Positions 1-11,606 of a DNA stretch of 64,000 nucleotides are shown in pieces. Position 1 is the stretch's first letter. Every line of letters starts with the position of its first letter. The notes below the pieces were generated by a model. It did no database searches. It saw nothing but the letters and a program-made list of their open reading frames with translations, and had not been told where the DNA came from. The position numbers were made by a program, and so were the translations under genes. This stretch comes from Nymphaea colorata (Eukaryota): NCBI RefSeq assembly GCF_008831285.2, contig NC_045138.2, positions 43,586,001-43,650,000 on the forward strand, written 5' to 3'.

Positions 1-254
1 TAGTTGCATAGACACATCCAATCGGTCTTTTGAGCACTAGAAGGACTGGCCTCGGGTCTTCAACTCTTTTCCGTGCATCATGGGGTAATCTTTGATGAAG
101 TGTCTCATCCTTCCATAGTGTAAACACGCTCCGGTCTCCCGATAACACGCTTCCTAGAGTGCACACGTGAGTAAGTATGACACCTCAGTAGGGTCGGAGT
201 AGTCACTGCCCCCTATGTGGTGTCAATGTGGTTTGGCCTGTTCTGCCTGAATGC

Positions 255-866
255 TCAGTCATCATGCCTCTCATATTGCCTGCCTGCAAAATGTTGGTGT
301 TTGACCTGAGCCTGCCCATCGTGGGAGTGTTGGTCTAACTTCTTGTGATGGTCCTTCTGAGTTCTAGCCCAATCCTCTTCCATGCGTCTAGCCATGGTGA
401 CCGTCTCATCCAAAATGCGAGGTTTGCTGGACATAACTTTGTTTTGCAGCCCATCGCGCAAACTATGTACAAACTTGTCTGCTCTTGCGTCATCAATGGT
501 ATAGAGGTGTGGGTAATACACCTCTAAGTGCTCATACTTTATAACATACTCTTCCAAGCTCAAATGATTTTGTTACAATTTAAGAAACTCTTGCATCTTT
601 TGGTTTTTGGCATGCACTGGGAAGTAAGTGCTGAAAAATGAATCTTTGAACTACTTCCATGAGATTGACTATTGGCCTGCGAACCGAATCTCACGTGTCA
701 ATTGCCACCACCATTTAACATCTCCTTTTAGCAAATACGAGCCATAGTTTACTTTGTCTCCTTCTGGCATCTTGAGAAGCTCAAAAATGTGCTCTACATC
801 TTCAAACCATTCCTCTACCGTGTATGGATTGTCATCTCTAGTAAAGACAAGTGGCTGCATTGACAT
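255..866 (-). pseudogene. Retrotransposon gag fragments (Ty3/gypsy), stop-interrupted
   Basis: ORFs 669-866 and 255-563 carry gag-type motifs (WFEDVEHIF, LLKGDVKWWW, KFVHSLRDGLQ) separated by stops. Confidence 0.8.
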
Positions 867-1429
867 AAATTACTTGAATGACACCGAAGTCACCTTCTCC
901 TTAAGTGGTGCAGTGGTGTCCCTAGTAGGAGATGCATGGCTCCTCTTATTACTGACCATCGACTATACTAGGGAGGTCAGAGTCTACAAGGTTATCGACA
1001 GTATAGTATACTGATCCATAGGTGGAGTCTGCCTTGGTGGGGTTTGGGCACCCACACTAGTCTGAGCGAATGGTTGCCCTGATGTACTATCATCAAGTGG
1101 GATATGCACATCTGAGTGGGCCGAACTTGGCTCTCTTTGTGCCTCTATAGCTGGCCCACGTTGCTTCTTACCCCTACATTGGTACTCCATCTGTACAAGC
1201 AAGAACCGTCATTCTTATTACAAGGTCTGAGACAACTTTTATAAGTTCCATTTGCAAAGATGTATCACAATCATCAAGACATCAATCCATCACATACGTA
1301 TATATCATAGTAAAATTAAAACTTCAATAAAAGCTAACTCAAATAGCACGTACCTGGGTAACACGACTTCATAGATAGGCTTTAACTCACATCCATAGTG
1401 GGGTTTTGTCATAGCTCTGATACCAAATC

Positions 1430-4194
1430 TGTCACACCCCAACACTTTGACCTTCAAATAACTTTTTTTTGTTAAAACATAAAACGTTGAGATACGATGA
1501 CACCATGATTCAAAAGGAAAGGAGCTATGCAAATTAAAGACAATGGGAGAAACTTTTCATTATATCATAAATTTTGTTCATATAAAATTACTTCACATTT
1601 TTCAAGAACACATATGACAAAAATGCCCCAAAACCATGACATTGATGTCAAACAAAATAAGACATCAAATAGACTTAAACATGATGCGTCGGCACTACAA
1701 TAGACCCAAAACCTCCCCATTAGGATGTGAGTAGGGCCACCTCGTCAACCTGTTGTCCCAGGTCCATCAGAACCTGAAAAAAGAAGAACAACTGAAGACT
1801 TAGCCTTTACAGGCACCCTAGATAATTCCCTAACCCTCTTAGGTAAGGGCTCAAATCTAAGATAAACAATTACAAAATTAAATCACTATCATGTCATGAA
1901 TGACTTGTCAAGAAGATCCCTCACATATACTATGACATGTAAAGACAACTCCATGGCTACAATAGCACATTCAAAAGTCACATGCAATTCATACATAAAC
2001 ATATCATTCTCATTCACTTCATTCACATTCTTTTCATTTACATTAACTTTAGTGAATTGACAGTTCCTGTGGGTGCAAACACAGACACGTACATACTACG
2101 GGCGACCTACAATCGGGAGACAACTTCCATTTAGTCCAAAACAATATGGATTCATTCACGTTGCAGTGGAAGAGCACTCGTCCATGGATGTGTGAATTCT
2201 AATGAGAGTTACTCAGCTTTCCCTAAGACACCCAATTCGGAAAGACGGTTGCTCAACGCTCCAAGCACATCACACAACGGTACCCTGGGGCCTTCCACTA
2301 CCTCGAAGCGAGACCAGTGGCGAAGGCATGACATCTCCCAAACACATTGCCACAATCCACTAGCATCTCATCTCTTATTTTTTCTTACTTATCATTATGA
2401 AAGCACATTCACAAAATGACCAGCTAGCTCATGAGGTTGGTTCACTTCGCGAGTGCACCCATACCTTCAATTGCCTCCATACGAGGGCTACACATATAGT
2501 TAACATTATTGGCTAGCCATCATAACATTACGGGTACAACTACCCTTCAATTTCATTAATTTGCATTTATGCCCACGACAATGCATGTACAACATATCAC
2601 AACATTCACATTAGTCACACACATCAATCACATCTTTCAAAACTTAGTTAAACCATGAAAAGTAGTCTCGATCCGTGATTGGCTCGTAGTTGTCCTTTTA
2701 ATTGCAGGACGTTTTTTAATATACAATTGGGGTCGAAGAGATACTTGACTTGATACCTCACCTCATCTGTCCTAAGTAATTATCATTGCTAGCATGCAAA
2801 TGCAATTGTGTAGTAATTTTGAAAACAAAACTAATCACATAAGCATTCAATTCTCATGCATACATTCATTCAATCACATCACAATTATTTAATCACATCA
2901 CAATGATAGGATCCAACAATCATGGAAACACACATTCAAAAGTTGACCTCAGGATTTGCCTGAAATGTCGTCATATCTGTCCCATGTTGCCAAAATACCC
3001 AAAATGCCTCAAGCTTCGATTCTTGTCACTCAAGGTCTACTCGACATGCCCGGTGTACATGAAAACATAATCAAGAGATAAGATTTCTACTCGTTTTGCT
3101 TTATAATCTCTACAAGTATGAAATATAATCATTGAGGCATAGGTCATCGCCTCAAGAGGGTGTCAATGGGTAGTGTTGACCCACAAAGCCCTCCAATAGG
3201 TCTCTTCTCATGACCAAACAACTTAAGCTATGCTCTTTCGATTGCACCAATCAATAATACGTTTCTCCCTTGCTTTTCAAGCCAAGGCATCAACCCCACA
3301 ATTAAGTTTACCAACTTACATATTCTTTCCCAACCAACAACGTAATAAGCACATCGGCAATAGCGTGCGCCATGTGTTCATAATGACGGTCTTACATCTT
3401 CTCAACCATATCAAATCTCTACCATGTTTCATAATCACCTTGAAAATTAACCCATCATGCTAGAAAGATAATTATACACGGAGATCCTCGTCCTTCTCAA
3501 AATAGTCCTAGACTTTCCCAAAAATAGCAACGCCGCTAACATGCATTCTAAATTTTCCAATCTTAAGTCTAGCATGCTCAATCAATAATTATACATGTGC
3601 TAACATAGAATATTAAACAATTTAGGCTCGATTAGGCCTCGCTCACCCCACTTTTAAAGTCCAAACTGCTGCAATGCTCCCGGCAGCCACCTCAAATATT
3701 CGATTGATCTTCAAATGGCCAAAATCACAAAATGTCGTTGCACCAACACCTTCACTTCACTGGTATTCGGTGAAAGATGCATCCCCAAAATGCAAACTGA
3801 CTAACCAGCAATAAATAGGGTGAGGTTTAGCGAAAGATAGATCCAAAGAGGGGTTTGTTGTAAAAAGAAGGCATTCCGTTGTGAGAAAGAGGTTCAGCTA
3901 AGAGGGATGGTTCGGTTGGAGGAGGCAGGGGACAACAAGAGAGAGGGATGTTGAAAACAAGAGAGAGAACATGAGACATGTGAGTGGGAGGAGGTTGGCG
4001 GTAAGGAGGGGGTGCGAGCAGAGAGATGGGAGAGTAGAGAAGAGAAAGAGCGTGCGACAGCGAGGGTGTTGACAGAAAGGGGTGACCAGTAGAGAGAGTT
4101 CGGATAGAAGGGAGAGACAGACAGAGAGGGGAAATCGAGCGAGAAATGGGGAGATAGAGTGGAGGAGATGGAAGAGACGGGGAGAGAGCTCGAA

Positions 4195-4252
<58 letters not shown>

Positions 4253-4679
4253 ATGCAGAGAGACGAGAGAGTGGCAGAGGGAGACAATGTAGGAGACAGG
4301 AAGTGTGAAAAGCACGGGAGGAAGAGGGCAACTCGACAGGGAGAGTTGGGAGACAGGGAGAGGCGATAGAAACAGCGAGAGAGGGAGGAGGAGAAGAAAG
4401 AAGAAGGAAAAGGAAGAGACAGAGAGAGAGATCGACGGGCTTACCTACACGTCGTCGCTGCCGCTGCTATCGTCTTCACCTCCGTCGCCGCTGCACTAAC
4501 CTCCGTCTTCTTCTTCTCTGCGTCGGATGTTCACTTGCAGCATGAGAGGCAACGAAGAGGGAGACCGAGAGGAAGATGAGGGAGGAGAGCCATCGCGTGG
4601 GGCTCCTCCTCGCGTGAGAGGCTCGGGTCCGGGTTTGGACCCACTCCAGCCCTACCTAAAATAAAAAGCGAGCATTACA
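1430..4679 (-). repeat. 5' LTR (~3.25 kb) of the Del/Tekay-like element
   Basis: TG...CA termini, PBS 4 nt inside the end at 1430, GC-rich and GA-rich segment near its 5' end. The partner LTR is outside the window, so the outer boundary rests on the terminal motif and the switch to unrelated pol sequence at 4680. Confidence 0.7.
4198..4247. repeat. (GA)n microsatellite within a purine-rich LTR tract
   Basis: About 25 uninterrupted GA units; source of the low-complexity ORFs at 3827-4499. Confidence 0.95.
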
Positions 4680-4813
4680 CAATGGTTAAAGCAGCTGGGT
4701 TGGATAGAATGGGACTTTGTTGAAATGCGAATAAAATTTGGAGGTGTTGATGGAAAAAGAACCATACAAGATGTAATGCCTAATAGTTGGTGAATTTTAG
4801 ACATCATCTATAT
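4680..4813 (+). mobile_element. Relic of an older Ty3/gypsy pol (post-protease region), left piece
   Basis: Translates QWLKQLGWIEWDFVEMRIKF...VNFRHHLY, matching the gypsy pol motifs QWLxxLGxIxWDF and VNxRPYRY; continues at 10069. Confidence 0.65.
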
Positions 4814-5202
4814 TGTTCCCTTGTGTCTATGTTTGTATAGTCTTTTCTTTTGTTTACAAATACTATTTGTATATGTTTGTTCACTTGTAAGGGAGTACCC
4901 TCCCACCGGTCTAAGTGTCATGTTTGGGATTCTTTGCTTTGGTTGTTTGGCATGACAAATCTCGTATGAGCCTTTTGGGCACCCTTGTAAGTAAAGTAGA
5001 GTCAATATGCTTGCTTACCTTCTTTTGTGATATACTGTTTCTAGTGAATGAAACAACTCATTGCAAGTTCTTCTCCTTCTTGTGTCTATTTATGTACTCT
5101 TTGTTTTCAAATTATCTGCTCACTTGCTTACCCCTTTAGGCTCATAGCAGTTTGATGAGTTGTTGCACCATACGATGTGGTGAGAGCAATCACCCCATGA
5201 TA
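4814..5202 (+). repeat. 5' LTR of the chromovirus
   Basis: Aligns by eye along its length with 9679-10068, with many substitutions. Confidence 0.8.
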
Positions 5203-8200
5203 ACTAATATTGGAGCCACGTTTGGCTCAAACTAGGGAAGCGGTTGGAGTGTTGGTGTAGAAAAACACACCGACAAGTGGCAATCGAGGAAGACGTCATG
5301 TGACTCGATATAATTTGTGAAGTGCCATGGGTAAGGGAGTGGCTCAGTCTGATGATATGGGCACATCCCATGGCCGAAAAGACGTGATCAAAATTGTGAA
5401 CAAGCTAGTTGCCTATGCAGCCACATAGAAAGAAGTGTTGGATAATCGAGGAGCTAAGGGACGAAGTGAAGACAATGTGGAAAAAAATGGTTGAACTTGT
5501 GGTCACGAATAGGTCAGTTCCTGATGCGGTGACCACACTGCAAGCTAAAGTTAAGAAACTTCATGCAAAGAACTGCACGTTGCAATGGCATATTTCTGTA
5601 GGTGGCAGTGATGATTTACTATCAAAGGTCGACATTTTTTTATCAAAGACCAGCAAACTACAATGACAGTTAGGATAGTTGGGTGATCGACAACTTTTTA
5701 TTCCAAGTAGAATATTACATGGATCTTCAGAGCGTTGTGGAAGATGACCTCTAGATCAAAACCGCAGCCATGCTACTTGAGGGAGATGTTGCTTGGTGGA
5801 GGCAAAAATGGCGTGACATTCAAAAGGGATTTGCAAAATAAATACATTCGACAACTTTCAATGAGCGTTGAGGAACTACTTCATGCCCCAAATGCAAAAC
5901 GACATGCCTATCAGATGGTAGGTATACTTGATATGCCAAAATAGGATAAACTTGACTTGTTTGTTTTGGGACTTCAACCTTGGGCACAATCCGAAGTGGA
6001 AAGAGGTAACCTAGAGACCTTGGAGGATGCTTATGTAGCAGCAAAGTGCTTGACTGATACCCAGTGCAAGAACTACACTAACACCTTCAAGTCTTTGAAG
6101 AAATCTAACCATGAAAGAAAGAAAGAGAACTGAAGGGACAATAAAGATGAGTCATCAGCCCAACATGAGTTGATAAGAAGCCTTTCTTTTGAAAGAGCAA
6201 AAATAACTAAAGCAAAGTGGTAACTTATTGGTTCTGTGGAGATAAGCACATAGCCGGACAATATTGGAAGCACCTTACAAAAGACGACAAGAGGTGAATG
6301 TTGCAAAAGTTGTCGAGGCCGAGGGTGAAGGAGCACAGTCACAGATGGGGGCTGTTCAAATGCTCAACATTGTCCAAAGTCGAGCGGCATCAAGCACAAT
6401 GGTGAATAAGGAACTGATGTACTTGGATATTACTCTAAAAGGGAAGTCTACTTTGGCTATGGTAAACTCAGGGCAATGCACAACTTCATTTGAAAGAAGA
6501 GGTGAAGAGATTGGGGTTCAAGCTTAAGCCTAAACAGAGAACCTTGAAGATGGTGAACTCTATGCCGAACCCTACCCTTGGAAAAGCAAAGGGTGTAGCC
6601 ATCTAGATCCTGAGTTGGGGTGGCACTACAAGCTTCTTAATTGTTCCCTAGACAATTTTAATGTAATTCTTCGTATTGAGTTTCTTCGGGACCAAAACCT
6701 TATGATGTTGCCACAATTCAATTCATTGACATTGATGGGCTAGATTGCTCGCACACAGTGCATTGCTACTCTATCAGTGAAAAGTCACCTTTCATGTTGT
6801 GAGCTATGTAGTTAAAGAAGGGGCATGAGGCATGGAGAGAAAACGTTCCTCATGTCCATTCATGCAGAGGATGAAGCCAGGTCAGTTATTGTCTAACATA
6901 ACCTAGTTTCCTTGCTAAAAGAGTTTCAAAAAATAATGCCACCTGAACTACCAATGCAATTACTGTTGAGGTAGGAAGTTGATCACCAAATTGAACTGGT
7001 TCCTGGAGTTAGGGCCCCAGCCATGGTTCCTTAACATATGTGACCGGCTTGATTGAAGGAGCTACAAAGACATATTGATCAGATGTTAGAAACAAGCATC
7101 ATCTGACCTTCAAAGGCTCCATTCAAAGCCTCAGTGCTGTTCCAGATAAAGCATGATGCTCGAAACATCTATGTGTGGACTATCGTGCATTGAACAAGGT
7201 AGTAGTCAAGAACAACTACCCTTTGTCGTTCATTGTTGACTTGTTTGAACAGTTGTGCAATGCATGAATCTTCTCAAAATTGGACTTTTGATCAAGCTAC
7301 TGGCAAGTCAAGATTGCAGAAGGAGATGAACCAAAGACCACTTGTGTCACTCATTATGGTGCTTATGAATTCCTAGTCATGCCTTTCAAATTGACCAATG
7401 CCCTAATGACCTTCTCAAAATTTGATGAACAAGATCTTTTGTCTGTACCTTGACAAGTTTGTAGTGGTCTATCTTGATGATATAGTGGTATTTAGTAGCA
7501 GTATGGAAGAGCATGTTAGTCATTTATAGACAATGTTCCAAGTATTGAAGGAGAATGATTGAAAAGAGAAGTGTCTCTTTGGCCAATAGGAGATCAGCTT
7601 TTTTGGCCATATTGTTGGGCAAGGCTAGCTACGAATGGATTTAGAGAGGGTGAGAGCCCTCTAGTAATAGAAGCCACCAACTAGAATTGCGGTCCTTCCT
7701 TGGGTTAGTCAATTACTATGAGTAGTTCATCTAGGAGTATTCATTGCTTCTTGCTCCCCTCACTAACTTGCTCAAGAAGAACACGACCTAAGTTTGTATG
7801 CAATTTGCCCATGATGCTTTTGAAGGTTTGAAGAGAGCTCGTGTGAGAGCTTATGCTTAAGTTGCCAGACCACTTGAAACCTTTTGAGGTCCACACTAAC
7901 GCCTTGGACTTTGTCATTGGTGGGGTATTGATGCAAGAGGGTCATTTGATCACCTATGAGAGCCGAAAATTGAAAGAGGCGGAGAAGTGCTACACTATGC
8001 ACTAGTGAGAAATGACTGCTATTATACATTGCCTTCATATATGGAGGCATTATTTGCTGGGAGCTCAATTCATTGTGAAGACTGACAATGTAGCCACAAG
8101 CTATTTTTAAAAGTAAAAGAAACTATCCCCAAAGCAGGCTCGCTAGCATGAATTCTTGGCTGAGTTCGACTTTGCTTTGGAGTACAAGAAGGGAAAGGCC

Positions 8201-9678
8201 AATGTCGTTACAGATGCATTGAATCAGAAGGCTGAATTTGCCGCAACTCGAGTGGAGGCCTCTGAAGTATAGCTGGAGGCTACTCTCCTCGACCATGTTT
8301 GCGAAGGGATGTGATAGGACCCAACAACACAATACTTGGTGGCCTTGGCCGAAGCAAGGAAGGCTCAGAAGTTCTAGCTGCGAGACAGACTTCTCCTATT
8401 TGTGCGAAGGTGGGCAACCTTCGATGGGAGCTCTTAAAAGAGTGCCATGATATATTATAGGCTGGCCACTCTAGCCAAAAACGCACCCTAGCACTATTTG
8501 AACACGACTATTATTGGTCGTTGATGCGGGATAATGTCGAGGCATATGTAAAGACGTACCTCATCTGCCAGTAAGATAAGGGGTCGAACCAGAAACCTGC
8601 TGGCCTCTTGGAACCACTACTTGTCTTGAAATGTTCATGGAAAAGTCTCTCCATGAAGTTCATTGTGAGTCTCTCAAAAGTAGATGTCTTTAGCTCTATC
8701 CTTGTGGTTGTGGATAAGTTTTCAAAGTGTGCTACCTTTATCCCAACCTCAAAGGAGTGTCCTACAGAAAAGAAGGCGGAATTCTTCGTAAAGGACACAG
8801 TGAGACACTGGGGCGTCTAAAGAGCATTGTGAGTGACCATGATGCTTGCTTTGTATAAAAGTTTTGGCATGAAGTATTTCACATGTTGGGCTCAAACTTG
8901 CTATTTTCCACGAGTTTCTACCCATAGACAGATGGCCAAATAGAGTATATCAATGCCTTGTTGGAACAGTACTTGTGACACTTCATCAATGCAAACCAGA
9001 AAATTGGGTGAAGCTGCTCGATTTTGCTCAATTCTGCTACAACTTACAGAAGAACGAGTCTTTTGGGCACAGTCTATTTGAGATAGCTACAATGTAACAA
9101 CCACTAACACCACACACTCTTGTTGCCTAGGAAAAGGGAAGACCTACATTTGCCTATTAGTTTGTCAGGAATTGACAAGAGCAAACAAAACTCGCTAAGG
9201 CATTCTTGCATAAGGTTGCCAAAACATAAAAAAGTGGGTTGACAAAGATCGACGACCGATCGAGTTTTAAGTTGGAGGCCAGGTCCTCGTGAAGCTGTAT
9301 CCTAATCGCATTGGTATTTTTGTGGGTGACATTGTGCCTTTATTCAGAAGTATGAATGGTCATTCACTATGATTAAGAAGGTTGAGAAGCTAATGTACAA
9401 GCTAAATCTGCCACCAGACTTCAAGGTGCATCTAATATTTCACATATGCAACTTGAAGCGGAGCTAGCCGTAGCAGGAGCCAATCTACAATTGGAGCAAA
9501 TTCTTCAACACAAGATCAACTATCTTTTTGAGCCAAACAAGTATTTTGTCAAGTGGGCAGATAAAGAGTATCATACCTGGGAGTACGCATTCAGATGAAG
9601 GAACACTACTCAGGAGAAGTCAGGGCATACCAAGACGTAGTTGGTACCGAGACAATGCATGATTTGAAGAGTGGAGCT

Positions 9679-10068
9679 TGTTTCCTTGTGTATGTGTTTG
9701 TATAGTCTTTTCTTTTGTTTACAAGGACCATTTGTATATGTCTGTTCACTTGTAAGAGAGTACCCTCCTACCGGTCTAAGTGTCATGTTTGGGATTTGTT
9801 GCTTTGGGTGTTCGGCAAGAGGATCCATGTATGAGCCTTCGAGCACCCTTGTAAGTAAAGTAAAGTCAATCTTCTTGCTTACCTTCTCTTATGATATATT
9901 GTCTTTCTAAGTGAATGAAACAGTTCATTGCAAGTTCTTCCTATGCTTGTGTCTATTTACACACTCTTTGTTTTCAAGTTATTTGTACACTTGCTTGCCC
10001 CTTTAGGCTTGCTGCAGTTTGAGGGCTGTCATGCCACACGGGTCGGTGAGGAGAGTCGCTCCGTGACA
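9679..10068 (+). repeat. 3' LTR of the chromovirus
   Basis: Starts TG after the purine tract gaagagtggag and ends gtgaCA; homologous to 4814-5202. Confidence 0.85.
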
Positions 10069-10385
10069 GGTATATTCATGTTCAAAAGAAGGCCATTGAA
10101 CAACTAGTGAAATAAATGCTTACGGAAGGAGTAATTCAGTCAGGTAGGAGTTGTTATTCTTCTTCCGCCCTATTAGTAAAACAAGAAGCATGAGACATGA
10201 CAGTTTTACATGGACTATAGAGGGTTGGAAGGGGCAATAATATTTTTCTAAACTTAACCTCCAAGCGGGATACCATTAAGTTGGGACGTTTCCTCAAAAC
10301 ATTCCTAAAACAGCCTCTCAAGTTCATGAAGGCCACTATGAATTTAATATCATGTCCTTTGGGCTTACAAATGCACCTCAACACT
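10069..10385 (+). mobile_element. Relic of the older Ty3/gypsy pol (RT N-terminus), right piece
   Basis: Translates YIHVQKKAIEQLVK*MLTEGVIQSGRSCYSSSALLVK...LNLQAGYH...IPKTASQVHEGHYEFNIMSFGLTNAP, which are canonical gypsy RT motifs. Confidence 0.8.
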
Positions 10386-11230
10386 AAGCACTTCACGCAC
10401 ATTCATAGAGAGTGGCTATCCTATACGGTGAGACTTGTATTAGAGGGCAGAAACTTATTCTGATGGTTCTACTGGCTGGTATCTATGTTTGTTGGCGTGT
10501 GAGCGTAGGTGTCTTAAGGAAAAAATCGGTTTCCAATGGGAGAGACGTATGAGTAGGCCGGTCATTCCGCATCCGTCCGCTTCTACCGTCTTTTGCCGAA
10601 ATTACGGACCGTGGGACTATGGAGATGGCATGGACATACCGCTTGGTTTTAGATCAGAACAACGAGCGCTCTACGGTCGACCCGGTCATTGACGGACGGC
10701 GCTCTCCGAAAACGCGTTTCTTTCGTGGACGGAAGCGTACGGCTGGAGGTCACGCGCCACCGGCTCCAGCGTTTCTCTCTATCTGCGGTCTTCCCTTCTT
10801 ATCCATCATCACCCGTTCCCCTCAAGCTAGGAGGAATCAGAGAGATAGAAAGGGCGAGAGGCCAATGGTGAGATACTGCCAGCTTCGATCCGCCGTCGAT
10901 TTGGTTTTAGAGCCAGACTAGAGAGAGAGAGAGAGAGAGAGAGACGGAGGCTAACGATGAGATACTGCAGGTTCAATGCAGGCTTCGATCCGCCCTCGAT
11001 TTGCCTTAGATCCAGAGGCAACCTTTTCCCCTGATTCCTGAAACTTTTCACTCGTTGCCTGGGCGTGGAGGTCGTATCGATTTCTACCTCCTATCCTGAG
11101 CAATGCCACGGCGGTTTCCTGGTTGATCGATCAGTATGTCATCCAGATATGCGTTCATCGGATTGTTGATGCTGCTTACGTACTGACATAAAGGTGCAAG
11201 GGCGAATTTGAGGAGGAGGAGGAGGAGGCC

Positions 11231-11606
11231 ATGACTCTGATGAGGCTCGATAGGTGCCGATGCAAATGCTGGTGGACCTTTTCCTCTTCAGCCCCTCTCT
11301 CTCCCACTACGACCACGATTCTTCTCCCGAAGAATCGTCTGCATGTTTGGTTCTTCGGGGTGTGCTCAAGCATCCTGGTGTGGACGTGCCTGGTTCAGCT
11401 GGTGGCCCTGGGGAGGCTCTGGCAACCTCAATTGCCTAAGGGATGGCATGCCTGCTTCAGCTTCAGGGGCTTCCCCAATCAGTTGGTGAAGATCACGCTT
11501 GCCGGCGACTCGGTTGCCCCGTCTTGTCCCTATTTTTCTTCTCTCTCTTCTTCTTCCTCTGCTGCTGCTGCTGCTGCTTCTTCACGTGCCAAATCCCATC
11601 CTTGGA
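11231..11606 (+). CDS. RRT-like exon 1 (TM anchor, Ser/Ala-rich stem)
   Basis: gccATG at 11231; donor GTGAGT at 11607, phase 1. The start may lie further upstream (see findings). Confidence 0.85.

Larger units (their letters stand above)
1..4679 (-). mobile_element. Ty3/gypsy LTR retrotransposon, Del/Tekay-like, 5' portion (5' LTR, PBS, degraded gag); continues beyond the left window edge
   Basis: Minus-strand gag fragments (669-866 VEEWFEDVEHIFELL...YLLKGDVKWWW; 255-563) with stops. tRNA-Met PBS (revcomp gctctgatacca) at 1414-1425. LTR bounded by TGTAATG (4679) and GGGGTGTGACA (1430) on the minus strand. Confidence 0.85.
4814..10068 (+). mobile_element. Degenerate full-length Ty3/gypsy chromovirus (short LTRs, Galadriel/Reina-type size)
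   Basis: Diverged direct LTRs 4814-~5202 and 9679-10068. Degenerate PBS (actaatattggagcc) after the 5' LTR. gag, protease (LDITLKGKSTLAMVNSG), RT (VVVYLDDIV ~7461-7490), RNase H and integrase (VVVDKFSKCATF) in gypsy order. Chromodomain-like KYFVKWADKEYHTWE at ~9540-9585. Many stops and frameshifts. Confidence 0.9.

Noticed and set aside
3827..4499. Several 64-162 aa ORFs (SLSLSL..., ERERER...)
   Set aside because: Translations of the GA/CT microsatellite-rich LTR tract; low complexity with no domain.
10154..10402. 82-aa minus-strand ORF as a gene
   Set aside because: Antisense shadow of the plus-strand gypsy RT relic.
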